Below are positions 21,086 through 30,896 of a stretch of 64,000 bases of DNA, piece after piece. The position numbers and the translations under genes are program-made. The notes beneath the pieces were generated by a model. That model had not been told where the DNA came from. It saw nothing but the letters and a program-made list of their open reading frames with translations, and did not search any database. Source of the stretch: a virus; IMG/VR virus record IMGVR_UViG_3300044729_003379, positions 9,727 to 73,726 of that record; one strand, written 5' to 3'. The first letter of the stretch is position 1. Every line of letters starts with the position of its first letter.

Positions 21086-22416
21086 TGAATAAAGCTTTTG
21101 AAAATTTAATAGATGCTTATGTCTTTGGTTCCACTGGCACATTGATGTTATATTACGATATGAACACCTTTGGAGTCGAAAATGGTAGTGGATATGTAAA
21201 AAACGTATCTCCATCATCTACGGTTGGATACAATAATGCCTTTCTGGATTCTGGAAAGAACACGGGAATGTTCAGAAGTGGCAATTATAGCGGCTGCAAT
21301 TTGGCATATTCTAAACTTACAATTGATTCATTTAATAATGGCTTTTTAAATACAGGAAACACAGATTGGTATGCTACTTTTCTATTTTCATTTACCAAAA
21401 CACACCAAGAGGATGGAGTTTTATTTGGATGCTTAAATAAAGATACTATTGATTATTATGGACTTTCTGGAACCTATGGAAGGGGATTTAATATTGGAGT
21501 TAATGATAGAAATCAATTATTTTTCCAAGGTATAGATTTTGAACAAGGACCATATATCATAACATCAGATTCTTTTGAATTAGCAAATAAAAATCTGTGT
21601 TCTGTAGTTATAAATCCAAGTAACGTTTCTTTTGGTTATTATGATTTAGGTTCTGATCGTTTTTATGAACAAACAAAAATAACAAATATTAATATTGAAA
21701 ATATTTTTAGTAACGAGAAATTTTATATTGGAGGTTCTAATTTTTATTATAAAAATCCTTCTTTTAGTGGTTATATTGATAATTTTGCAATATTATCTGG
21801 TGATTATCATCCAAGCACATTGAAATCGTTAATGTCTGGATTTGTATCAATGGAGATTATTGATACTGGTTCTCTAGATTTTTCTTCTTTAATAACTGGA
21901 TATGAAATAGAAATAATACAGGAAACAGGTATAACAGGTTATGTTGCAACTTTAACTGGTTCTAAGAATTTATATACTACTGGTTATTTTTTTGAAAGAG
22001 TTCCCATCTCCTCTTCTAATAGCACACCAATTGTTGAAGGAAATAGAATTATAACTGGTTATTCTTTAGCAAATGGAATTATTTACAATGAAGAAATTGG
22101 AAATATTTATGTTACTGATCAATACGTTACATCTGGAAACGATGCACACGCAACACTTGGTTTAATATCTGAACTATTGACATTTCAAACTGGTGGAAAA
22201 ACATTATTGAAATATAAAGTTAATCAGACAGGTGTTTTACCTCTTTATAGACTTGATGCATTAACTGGTTTTATTGGTCCTACTGGTTTATCAATTGATC
22301 CATTAACACAACAACAATTTATAGAAGGAAGCACTGGATATGATTATGTTCTTAATACAGGATTAATGAATGAATATCAACACAATTACATTTACTATCT
22401 AAGCGAAAGATTATGA
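21085..22416 (+). CDS. Tail-associated protein with LamG/concanavalin-like domain
   Basis: FYIGG...FSGYIDNFAI is the LamG-like C-terminal signature; TG-rich C-terminal half. Confidence 0.6.
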   Translation: MNKAFENLIDAYVFGSTGTLMLYYDMNTFGVENGSGYVKNVSPSSTVGYNNAFLDSGKNTGMFRSGNYSGCNLAYSKLTIDSFNNGFLNTGNTDWYATFLFSFTKTHQEDGVLFGCLNKDTIDYYGLSGTYGRGFNIGVNDRNQLFFQGIDFEQGPYIITSDSFELANKNLCSVVINPSNVSFGYYDLGSDRFYEQTKITNINIENIFSNEKFYIGGSNFYYKNPSFSGYIDNFAILSGDYHPSTLKSLMSGFVSMEIIDTGSLDFSSLITGYEIEIIQETGITGYVATLTGSKNLYTTGYFFERVPISSSNSTPIVEGNRIITGYSLANGIIYNEEIGNIYVTDQYVTSGNDAHATLGLISELLTFQTGGKTLLKYKVNQTGVLPLYRLDALTGFIGPTGLSIDPLTQQQFIEGSTGYDYVLNTGLMNEYQHNYIYYLSERL

Positions 22417-23129
22417 TAGAATACTATTTAAATACAGGAGTCGAAGATGACTCAGACAACTATTACAGAAATACTCAATTATCTAATGCGAGTGTTTTTA
22501 TTGATTCTAATAATAAATTTATAAATCAAGTTTATGCAGATGGACAGACTCTTTTAGAGGACGATGTTACAGAAACATCGTTAAGCACTTCAATTAAAAC
22601 TTATACGCATAGTGGTGATTTTTATATTGATTCCTTTTCTTTAAAAAATTCTGGTGATTATTATAATTTTGAAGGCATTGAAACAGTAAATTATGACATA
22701 ATGCAATCTGGAAAAAGACCATTCTTTGAATCTGATAATTTTAATAATTTATTGAATGGATTTGCAAATAAAATTGCTGGACAAGTAAGTGGAGATCTAT
22801 TTTTTATTAATGGAATTAAATTAATAAGTGGTATTCATTATTATGTTCATAATGGAATTTTTGAGTGGAATGATGGTAATCCAACATCTTTAGAACTCAG
22901 TGGAATAATGTTTTCTATGCCAAATAATTTTGATGTTATCATAACTGGTCAGTATGACATATATAATCAAAATTTTAAAATAGGAACAACAGTTGCCTAT
23001 TTAAATGGTGTAAGATTATATCAAGATGATTTATTGGAAACATCAACAATAAATACTCTAATAAATACAGGAATTGAAGCAAAAATAAGATTCTCACCAA
23101 AGAGACAAGAACAAATTATCTTCTTTTGA
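22413..23129 (+). CDS. Putative virion structural protein
   Basis: Repeated FINGIKL / YLNGVRL beta motifs common in phage tail proteins. Confidence 0.5.
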   Translation: MIEYYLNTGVEDDSDNYYRNTQLSNASVFIDSNNKFINQVYADGQTLLEDDVTETSLSTSIKTYTHSGDFYIDSFSLKNSGDYYNFEGIETVNYDIMQSGKRPFFESDNFNNLLNGFANKIAGQVSGDLFFINGIKLISGIHYYVHNGIFEWNDGNPTSLELSGIMFSMPNNFDVIITGQYDIYNQNFKIGTTVAYLNGVRLYQDDLLETSTINTLINTGIEAKIRFSPKRQEQIIFF

Positions 23130-23132
23130 ATT

Positions 23133-25700
23133 ATGCCTAATTATGTAAATAACGCACCTTTGGGTTCTGCTTTTGGCGGAAAAATAGCTACATTAAATTA
23201 TAACTATTCTCCAAACGAGGGTCCATCTTCAGCAACAATTACAATAGTTAGTGAAAATAATAGATATATAGAACCTATTCTTCTTTCTAATTTTAATATT
23301 CCAATTTTAAATATTCCAATGGTGATTGTTGAGGTTCAATATAATGACGACAGCACAGCAAGAACATTACAAATAGAATTGATTGATAAAACCTCTTTAT
23401 ATCTTGATACTAATTTAATTCTTGTTAATGGTGTTCATTCATCAGGTGTAGAAGGTAATTCTAGCTCTTCAAATTCTTTTCATTTTTATCCAAAAACAAC
23501 AGGAACAATTAATAATAATTCATTTGGTAATAAGGGAAGGCTTTCTATAACTTCGGGAGGAAGTGGTGGAAGAAATTGTAGGTATATAGGTGGACTTAGA
23601 AGCACAGTAAAAGTTTCATCTGCTTGGGATGGGGATACCCAATTATTTAAAAATAATACACAACCATATACAACAGTTGTTTTTCAAGACAATAAATTCA
23701 GACAAGATTTAAGTGGAAAAAAAGCAGGTTCAATACTTCCAATTTTTCAAAAATTTGGAGATACTAGCAATTTTGAAGTTTCAAATGAATGGGGCTATAC
23801 TTTTAATCAATTATGTAATAATATTTCTATTCCAATAAGGAATAAACCAAATATTAACGATAATTATTATTTTAATCAAGCTGGAACATGTAGATCTGTA
23901 TTATCTGGTGTTCTTTCTTCTTTAGGAAAGAGTTTTTACATTAATCCTTTTGATGGAAGTATAAATATCATTGATAATGGTTTTATTAATCAGATTAATA
24001 GAACATTATCTTTAAAATATACTTCTTTACTCAAAGAGTCTTTTTCTGATAATTCTATTACATCTATAAATATAAAAAAGTCATGTAAAGAAACCACAGG
24101 AAGACATACTGTATTAACTGGTTCTTATGAAAACAATGTAGATAAATCAGGAGGTGGGGGTTCTGGAGATACAAATATTCCAGATAAACCACAATATAGA
24201 ACATTTTATAAATATTCAAATGTTGACGTTATTTCTCCAAGTGAAAGAAAGTTTTTCCAAAAAATACTTCCTTTGTTTTGGTTTAATTTTTCACAAAGAT
24301 CTGTTGATGATTTTATTTATGCATTAGCAAAATTAGAAGATCCTACTACTTGGTCAGAAAAAAGTGGTGATGAATCAATTTATTCTGGAAATACAGATTC
24401 TAATGGAAACACCATGATAGATAAAACAAATCCAAAAGCAACTTTAAGACCTTCTGATTTAAATAAATCTGGAGAAGATTTAGAGGCTTTATTAAGTTCT
24501 GAATATATAAGCATAATGTTGGAAAATATTTCAAGCGGAAATATTCCAGACAAATTTGATTTAAATCAAGAGATTGATATATACCCAAATACTAGAAGAG
24601 CAAAAGTTGGAGAAAATTTTACACTTAATGCTGCTGCTGTTTCTCCTTATGAAAAAATATCACCATATATTGAAGGTATAAACATGGCTTTATTTACTCT
24701 TCATGTTACTAAACCAATTTCAAAGAAAAAAGCCCTATCTATGAATTGGGCAAGTCCATCTAGTGGGCAAAAAGACCCAATTAATAATAATATAAAAATA
24801 GCTGGTCCATATGCATCTGATACAAAAATATCAGATATTCCAGAATTAGCTCCATTAAATTTTATTCTTTCTAGATTTGGAAAAGAAACAAAAATAACAA
24901 TAGGTAAAATGGCAAAAGATGCTGCTGGAAATTTTAGATCTAACCAATCTGGAGATGTTTCAACAGGTTATCATTTTATAGCAATAAAAGACATTGCTGC
25001 TATTCTTCCTAAGAATTTAGGAACAATTCCAAATGACATTATTAAATCTATTGAAATGAATGTTTTTTCAAGCGCACCAATAAATGAAAGTTCAACTGGT
25101 CCTATTTTGGCTCTAACAAAAAGAGGACAAACAAGTATAAAAAATATCGCAGAAAAAAATGCTCAAATATTTCAAGAAATTGTTGACAATATAAGAAGGT
25201 CTACAAATACAAATTTTAGAATTCCATATACTAAACTAGATGAAAATGACGCTTCTTATGAATATCCAGATAATACAGCATCTGAACCAGAATTACCAGA
25301 GGTAAAATCAATAAGAACAATACCAACAAAGCAACCAACATCTGGAGATGCTGGTATGACAAAAATTGAATTAGATACTTACCAAGGTTCAATAGAAGAT
25401 CTTAGTTATATTGATGATAGTTTCTTTAAAGAAACTCCGGGTCCATCTTTTGAAGCTTCAATTACTTTTTTTAGACCTCCAATAAAATCTGATTTAGATG
25501 TTTTTTCTGGTTTGTCTTCAATTTCTTGCTCATTTAAAGGAGATGGAGTAGAGACTAATGTTTCATATAGCACTAGAAATTATTTAAACATGGATAAATC
25601 TTTAGTTCAACAGCTTACAAGAGGAAGCTCTATTCCTGCTCCAAGATTTGGTCCAAATTTTATAAATAAACCAGCATTTATAAAAAATAGAAAATCATAA
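23133..25700 (+). CDS. Putative tail tip/hub protein
   Basis: 855 aa, last gene of the tail operon; N-terminal hub-like pattern (GTCRSVLSGVLSSLG.SFY). Confidence 0.45.
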   Translation: MPNYVNNAPLGSAFGGKIATLNYNYSPNEGPSSATITIVSENNRYIEPILLSNFNIPILNIPMVIVEVQYNDDSTARTLQIELIDKTSLYLDTNLILVNGVHSSGVEGNSSSSNSFHFYPKTTGTINNNSFGNKGRLSITSGGSGGRNCRYIGGLRSTVKVSSAWDGDTQLFKNNTQPYTTVVFQDNKFRQDLSGKKAGSILPIFQKFGDTSNFEVSNEWGYTFNQLCNNISIPIRNKPNINDNYYFNQAGTCRSVLSGVLSSLGKSFYINPFDGSINIIDNGFINQINRTLSLKYTSLLKESFSDNSITSINIKKSCKETTGRHTVLTGSYENNVDKSGGGGSGDTNIPDKPQYRTFYKYSNVDVISPSERKFFQKILPLFWFNFSQRSVDDFIYALAKLEDPTTWSEKSGDESIYSGNTDSNGNTMIDKTNPKATLRPSDLNKSGEDLEALLSSEYISIMLENISSGNIPDKFDLNQEIDIYPNTRRAKVGENFTLNAAAVSPYEKISPYIEGINMALFTLHVTKPISKKKALSMNWASPSSGQKDPINNNIKIAGPYASDTKISDIPELAPLNFILSRFGKETKITIGKMAKDAAGNFRSNQSGDVSTGYHFIAIKDIAAILPKNLGTIPNDIIKSIEMNVFSSAPINESSTGPILALTKRGQTSIKNIAEKNAQIFQEIVDNIRRSTNTNFRIPYTKLDENDASYEYPDNTASEPELPEVKSIRTIPTKQPTSGDAGMTKIELDTYQGSIEDLSYIDDSFFKETPGPSFEASITFFRPPIKSDLDVFSGLSSISCSFKGDGVETNVSYSTRNYLNMDKSLVQQLTRGSSIPAPRFGPNFINKPAFIKNRKS

Positions 25701-26555
25701 TATCCAAGAGTTTTCAGTTTTTTCAATTTCTTGAAAGTTATGATTTAAGAAGTGATATCTATAAAAGTTTTTCCAAACTCTGTGCGAGTTTATAAATGTT
25801 TTAAAAGTATCATAATCCATTTCTTTCAAGAAATAAATGAATCCTTTTAGAGATTCTAAGCTATTTGTATCAAAACCCTTTGAAACAGCTTCGCTTCTAA
25901 TAAACTGTCTTATCATTTCTGCTCTTTGAAATTGCTCAAATTGATTTTCCAATCCCAAAAGCAAATGATTTGATCTTCCATAAATCCAAGCGTATTTAGC
26001 TTCATGATTTATTTTGTTATCAAAAGGTCTACCTCCCTCTTCTCCATCTTTTATTCTCCAAGTGATTTCTTTCTTACTTTCATCGTGGGTGTTTTTGATA
26101 TCTATAGCCTGTTGTTGTGCGCCTACTAAACCCCAATGAGGACTTCCATTAAAAACCATAGAATCATTCCATTTGAAGGCAAAACCCTTTCCATAATTAA
26201 AAATAGACTTTATTCCATTGAAATCGTGGGCATAAATCCACTCTTTTATGTTTCTTGCCCATTTTTGATTAATTCTTTCCATAGAATCCCTCAAGATGAA
26301 CCAATCACCGTTCTTCATTGGCCCTTCTCGTAAGAAAGTATTCATCTGTAGGTCGTGATCGTTCGTCCAAGGTCTCAGGATGACAGAACCCGCTCCCTTT
26401 CTTTCTTGAAGCAATTTATAACAAGCATCGTCCTCATTGAAATCTCGACTATCATATCCAAAGATTAATCCATCAACATATTCCCAAATCGGGTCTGTTA
26501 ATTCTTTGATATTTTGGTATTCATTTTTATTTGTAATTCCACAAAGATAAATCAT
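25695..26555 (-). CDS. Glycosyltransferase family 2-like protein
   Basis: GT-A pattern WFILRDSMERI (variant of LDADE) and F.G.PHW; likely start MIYLCG at 26555. Confidence 0.55.
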   Translation of the reverse strand: MIYLCGITNKNEYQNIKELTDPIWEYVDGLIFGYDSRDFNEDDACYKLLQERKGAGSVILRPWTNDHDLQMNTFLREGPMKNGDWFILRDSMERINQKWARNIKEWIYAHDFNGIKSIFNYGKGFAFKWNDSMVFNGSPHWGLVGAQQQAIDIKNTHDESKKEITWRIKDGEEGGRPFDNKINHEAKYAWIYGRSNHLLLGLENQFEQFQRAEMIRQFIRSEAVSKGFDTNSLESLKGFIYFLKEMDYDTFKTFINSHRVWKNFYRYHFLNHNFQEIEKTENSWIL

Positions 26556-26557
26556 AA

Positions 26558-27346
26558 TCAATCCTCCCAATATTTAAAAACGTGGTCTTTCCATCCAAAC
26601 GGAACTTCTCCGTTTTCTGGCCAATTTCCAGAAATAGCCTTTTCCCATTGCTCATCGCTTAGTGGGGGAAAAGAGTATTTTTCTTTTGGAGTTTTTAAAC
26701 AGATGAGTTGTTTGGTGTCTGTTCTGTGTTTCCACATTGATCCGTCTGGATTTGTTCTAATGCTCCACTTTCCTCTATCTATAAATGGTGGGACTTTTTG
26801 GGAGCCGATTTCATATGTAACAGAAATATAAGAAAGGCCACGCTCTTCGATGTTTTCTTGAACGCATTGTTCAGTCCATTTTATATGATCCCAAGGACCG
26901 GGACCACCAATGCTTTTTGGAATACTGTTATAAAAATCTACAGAAATAAACTGCGCCCTCTCACTGTATTTACCGTGTCCTTGATCTCCTGAGAGGTCGA
27001 TGTGTGAAATTTTATATTTCTGTAATAGATTTTCAAATTCTTCTATTTCTTTTTGTGTTATTTTTGTATAGAGAAGATGATCAACTTGAATATAAAATGC
27101 GTATTTGCTTTTGCATTGAGCAAATAATTGTATTGTTCCTGCTCCACAACCAACATTTGTTGTGTTATTAATTACCTCATCTTGATCCGACAACAACCCT
27201 TCTTCTTTAAAAGAGTCTGCATATCTTTCCCCGCCATTATTTAATATGGTAATCTTCTTGTCAAACAAGGCGTTTACTTTTAACGAAAACAACAAATCTC
27301 TCAATTCATTTTCTCTATTAAAATCAAGAATTAATATTTCAGTCAT
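26558..27346 (-). CDS. Glycosyltransferase family 2
   Basis: ILILDFNR..L..LL.SL, ITILNNG, N.G.GAG and KYAFYIQVD GT2 motifs. Confidence 0.7.
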   Translation of the reverse strand: MTEILILDFNRENELRDLLFSLKVNALFDKKITILNNGGERYADSFKEEGLLSDQDEVINNTTNVGCGAGTIQLFAQCKSKYAFYIQVDHLLYTKITQKEIEEFENLLQKYKISHIDLSGDQGHGKYSERAQFISVDFYNSIPKSIGGPGPWDHIKWTEQCVQENIEERGLSYISVTYEIGSQKVPPFIDRGKWSIRTNPDGSMWKHRTDTKQLICLKTPKEKYSFPPLSDEQWEKAISGNWPENGEVPFGWKDHVFKYWED

Positions 27347-27761
27347 CAGATTTTTCTCTTTTAAACAATGGGCCAGATAAGTCTACTGATATTCCATTTT
27401 TTTCTATTTTAGTTGGCTTGTCGTGAAAGTGTTTTACTTTATTTTTCTTTTGATAATCGTCAAAATACTTTCTTTTAACAGGATCTTCGTGACCAAGTTT
27501 GTCCTTTCTTTTTTCAGAAAGTTCTTTAGAAGCATCCCACAAATCTCCAACAGTTCCTTTTCTTCTTCCGGTAATTTCTGTTGCTTTATTTAAATCAAAT
27601 GGATTGATTGTTCCAATTCTTTCTGCGCTAACTTGGGGTGCGGTTAAAACTCTCTTCCACTCCAATCCTTCTTCATCAAAATATTCGTGTTTGTCATTCA
27701 TTCTTTGAATGACTTCTACATACTCGTCTTTGTTTGGGTGCTTGTAGATATAGGTTGGCAT
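27339..27761 (-). CDS. FmdB-like small protein
   Basis: MPTYIY N-terminus and EVIQRM / WKRVL pattern of the FmdB zinc-ribbon family, but cysteines are absent. Confidence 0.5.
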   Translation of the reverse strand: MPTYIYKHPNKDEYVEVIQRMNDKHEYFDEEGLEWKRVLTAPQVSAERIGTINPFDLNKATEITGRRKGTVGDLWDASKELSEKRKDKLGHEDPVKRKYFDDYQKKNKVKHFHDKPTKIEKNGISVDLSGPLFKREKSDD

Positions 27762-28867
27762 TATAATTGTTTTGCAATGTTTAAAATGCTATTGACTGTT
27801 TTTTCGTATGTGAAAAATTCGCGAAGTTCTTTTCCGCTATCTTCTTTGTAATTATTTAAAAAGATATCTTCAGATTCTTTGATTGCGGCAGAAATAGATT
27901 CTGGTTTAAAGTAATGAAAACAACCTTGGTTATATTCCATTCCACGATGGAAGAAAACCCCATCATAACATTCTTCGATTCCACTCGGTTCAAGTTTAAT
28001 TAAATTTGAATTACTAAATTCGTTAACCCAATCTAGATGTGCGCCACCCAATCCGACCACACAAACCTTATTCATACAAGCAGCGTTAAAGCTTGGAAGA
28101 TTCCATCCCTCATTCCCACAACATCCAGAAAGATCAATGTCAATAGAATTAATGAATTGATTTACTTGTGAATTTGTTTCAAGAGTGGGTAGAAAGTTGA
28201 TATTACTGTAGTGCTTTCCTTCTAGGGTATTGATGATTATTTGATCAAAGGTTTCTTTTGGAAAGAAGGGGTTATTGATTAGGCATGTTAACTGATATTT
28301 GTTGTTGTTACCATAAAGCTTCAACCACTCTCTAATTACAGTCTGTGTATTTTTTCTCTTTTCTAATTTTCCACAAATTCCGAAATGAATTACGTCTGGC
28401 TTTTTTACGTCTTCAACATAAAAATCTTCATCGAAACCAAGAGGCACGAAATAAAATTTGTCTGGATTTACTTTTCCAGTCTTTAAGAAAGCGTCAATAG
28501 CTTCGGTGGAGGAAAAAATAACAGCATCTTGTTGATTTACAAGATTAATTTCTGTTTCTGTTGGCATATCAACCTCATAAAACGAGAAAAGAATTTGCTT
28601 TTTTGCAACCCTTCTTTCACAACCGTTGATATGCCAAACTTTTAAAGCGATATCTTCTGCGCTAAATTCTTTATTGAAGTTTTGTATTTTATTAACAATC
28701 TCTCTTTTGAGATTTTCATTTGCGCGATCAAAAGATTGAAAGGAAATTTGGTTTACACATTGAGGTAAACACATTGATTTTAATTCACCTCTCCTTGATA
28801 ATTCTCTTGCAATGTTGAATGTAACGTTTCCAAGAGATAGGTTATTGATTGGTCCTTCAAGAATCAT
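27761..28867 (-). CDS. Glycosyltransferase family 4 (GT-B)
   Basis: VPLGFD, GKLEKRKN and EGWNLP motifs. Confidence 0.8.
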   Translation of the reverse strand: MILEGPINNLSLGNVTFNIARELSRRGELKSMCLPQCVNQISFQSFDRANENLKREIVNKIQNFNKEFSAEDIALKVWHINGCERRVAKKQILFSFYEVDMPTETEINLVNQQDAVIFSSTEAIDAFLKTGKVNPDKFYFVPLGFDEDFYVEDVKKPDVIHFGICGKLEKRKNTQTVIREWLKLYGNNNKYQLTCLINNPFFPKETFDQIIINTLEGKHYSNINFLPTLETNSQVNQFINSIDIDLSGCCGNEGWNLPSFNAACMNKVCVVGLGGAHLDWVNEFSNSNLIKLEPSGIEECYDGVFFHRGMEYNQGCFHYFKPESISAAIKESEDIFLNNYKEDSGKELREFFTYEKTVNSILNIAKQL

Positions 28868-29433
28868 GATATTGTATCCTTTATTTCTTTTAAAATTGTT
28901 TTACCTATTTGTTCTATTCTTTGTGGCTTTAAATTAAATTGATCAGCAATGTCTATAAGCTTTCTTTCTTTTTGAAATCTTTCGTAAAAGATTTTGCAAT
29001 CTCTTTCGCAAAACTTCTTTTTCACAACGTTATCAATTATAGAGCAGATTTCCTTTTTTTCAAGCTCATGAACAATTGATTTGTTGTCTTCTATATTGTT
29101 TACATCAAGCTCTAAATCGTCAATAAATTCTTTGTCTGCCTTTTTGTTTTCTGAGGTTCTTTTTGATTTGCATTTATACTTGGTTATGTTTGCAAGCCAA
29201 GTATGAAATTGAGATTTCTCATTAGAGAAGGAGGAAATTGCATCCCAGAAAAATGAATATTTGTCTTCAAGAATTTCCTGCATCCAAAAATTCTTTCTAT
29301 TTTGAGGACAATATCTTGATACCGTGTCTACAAAAATTCCAGAGTGTCTTTCTATTAGTTCGTTAAAGGCTTCGTTGCTTTGTTCTTCCTTCGCCATTCT
29401 GACCAATTCATTGTCATCCAAATCTATAATCAT
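28864..29433 (-). CDS. RNA polymerase sigma factor (sigma70 family, regions 2 and 4 only)
   Basis: DNELV...AFNELIERH, SQFHTWL and C-terminal HTH LIDIADQFNLKPQRIEQI. Confidence 0.8.
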   Translation of the reverse strand: MIIDLDDNELVRMAKEEQSNEAFNELIERHSGIFVDTVSRYCPQNRKNFWMQEILEDKYSFFWDAISSFSNEKSQFHTWLANITKYKCKSKRTSENKKADKEFIDDLELDVNNIEDNKSIVHELEKKEICSIIDNVVKKKFCERDCKIFYERFQKERKLIDIADQFNLKPQRIEQIGKTILKEIKDTIS

Positions 29434-30041
29434 AAGAAAAATCCAATGTATTTATCTAAAATTTCCTTGCATTTTTTAGAGATCTCAGAATTCATCTTAC
29501 TTTCTTCTTCAAAAGAAGCAATAGAAATAACCTCTGACGCGGCTTTTGCCAATAATGGTTCGTTTTTCTTTTCGAATTCATTATTTGGCTTAATAGGTTT
29601 TCCGTCAATTGCTTTTCTTTTTAAATGAATATGCAATCCCTTATTTTCCTTCACCCAAAATGATTCATCTTTTTCTTCTGATGCAAATCTTAAATCACTA
29701 ACAATGCAAACGTCAATATCTGACATTGTGTTTAGTTTTTTACACAGATAATCGATCCAATATTGATTATTTGTCATGTTTCTTCTGATATTTCCATGAG
29801 CAATCAACAAGGGTCGAATTAGCTCCTTTTCTTTTGGATCTTCGGTCCAAACGGAGATTCCGTATTTTTCTTGAACAAACTCTTCAAGCTCCTGTCGGAC
29901 GCCTTCTGCAAAAGAAAATTGTTTGCATCTTAAATTTGGAAACTCCCTTCCAATATCAATTATCATTTGTCGAGTAAATGAATCTTTCCCAACTCTTGCT
30001 GGGCCAGAGAAAGCAATTATTTTTTGTTTTACTTTTTGCAT
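29430..30041 (-). CDS. Deoxynucleoside monophosphate kinase
   Basis: IIAFSGPARVGKDS P-loop, SFA, RPLLIAHG, W and VSDLRF motifs; likely start MQKVKQ at 30041. Confidence 0.8.
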   Translation of the reverse strand: MQKVKQKIIAFSGPARVGKDSFTRQMIIDIGREFPNLRCKQFSFAEGVRQELEEFVQEKYGISVWTEDPKEKELIRPLLIAHGNIRRNMTNNQYWIDYLCKKLNTMSDIDVCIVSDLRFASEEKDESFWVKENKGLHIHLKRKAIDGKPIKPNNEFEKKNEPLLAKAASEVISIASFEEESKMNSEISKKCKEILDKYIGFFL

Positions 30042-30048
30042 AATCAAA

Positions 30049-30531
30049 TTATTTACCAGTTGAACCAAAACCTCCATGCCCTCTGTTGGAGTCGGATAAT
30101 GCTGTTGCAGGATACAAGACTGATTCAACTTCTTTAAAGAAGAAGAGTTGGGCTATTTTATCTCCTTTTTTGTAAATGTATTTTTCATCGATTCTGATAT
30201 CGATACTATAAGAATTTTCCGATAGACAAAAATCAGTTTCCGAAGGTAAGTATCGGAACCTTAGTTTAATTTCCCCTCTGTAATTGTTGTCTATGATTGC
30301 AGGAGAATTAGCCAACATTAAGCGAGTGTTACTGATGCTACTTCTTGGCACAATTAATGCATGAACGTCTTTGCTTAGTGGGTTGATAAATAGATTTGTG
30401 CCATATTCGATATACCTTCTTTCTGGATCGAAAAAAGGATCTGTTGACGCCACTAGATCGTATCCAAGGTCTCCCGGCCTTGGAAGCTTGATGTTTTTGT
30501 AACCTTCTTTTAAGACAGAAATATCCTCCAT
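30049..30531 (-). CDS. dut: dUTPase (trimeric)
   Basis: GYDL, PRSS, IIDNNYRGEI, IAQL and RGHGGFGSTG motifs. Confidence 0.95.
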   Translation of the reverse strand: MEDISVLKEGYKNIKLPRPGDLGYDLVASTDPFFDPERRYIEYGTNLFINPLSKDVHALIVPRSSISNTRLMLANSPAIIDNNYRGEIKLRFRYLPSETDFCLSENSYSIDIRIDEKYIYKKGDKIAQLFFFKEVESVLYPATALSDSNRGHGGFGSTGK

Positions 30532-30536
30532 ATGGG

Positions 30537-30565
30537 AGATTAGTATAGTTTTAGCAAAAAGTCAA
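30537..30565 (-). promoter_or_regulatory. Sigma70-type promoter of the dut-kinase-sigma-GT operon
   Basis: Minus strand TTGACT-17-TAATCT, 5 nt before the dut ATG. Confidence 0.55.
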
Positions 30566-30598
30566 GAAGTTTTTTCAGAAAAATAATTAATTTTTTAC

Positions 30599-30627
30599 TT
30601 GACAAACCCAAAAATATCCCATATAAT
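30599..30627 (+). promoter_or_regulatory. Perfect consensus sigma70 promoter
   Basis: TTGACA (30599)-17-TATAAT (30622) with an upstream AT tract. Confidence 0.8.
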
Positions 30628-30845
30628 ACGTCACATAGACGACGTAAATGTTACGTCGTAACAGTTACGTCGTAACAGTTACGATACTATATAATATATT
30701 TATGTTGCGAGCTTGCGAGCAACATGGTAGCGAACGAAGAGAGCTACCATAATACGTCACAACGACGACGTAACGTATACGACGCATCGTTACGTCTATG
30801 TAACGTAATTGCGTCGTATAAATTGAAAAATAAGATTTTTCAATT
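30623..30845. repeat. Repeat and hairpin cluster, candidate replication origin or structured ncRNA
   Basis: 25-bp direct repeats, tandem 14-bp palindromic units, GA-mismatch hairpins and a long inverted repeat (see findings). Confidence 0.7.
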
Positions 30846-30896
30846 TTTCTCTTTACAAATCGGACTTTTTATTGTAAGATAGGTGACGCCTAAATT

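Noticed and set aside
30623-30773. CRISPR mini-array
   Set aside because: Only two imperfect 25-bp repeats about 100 bp apart, with a repetitive, structured interval rather than unique spacers
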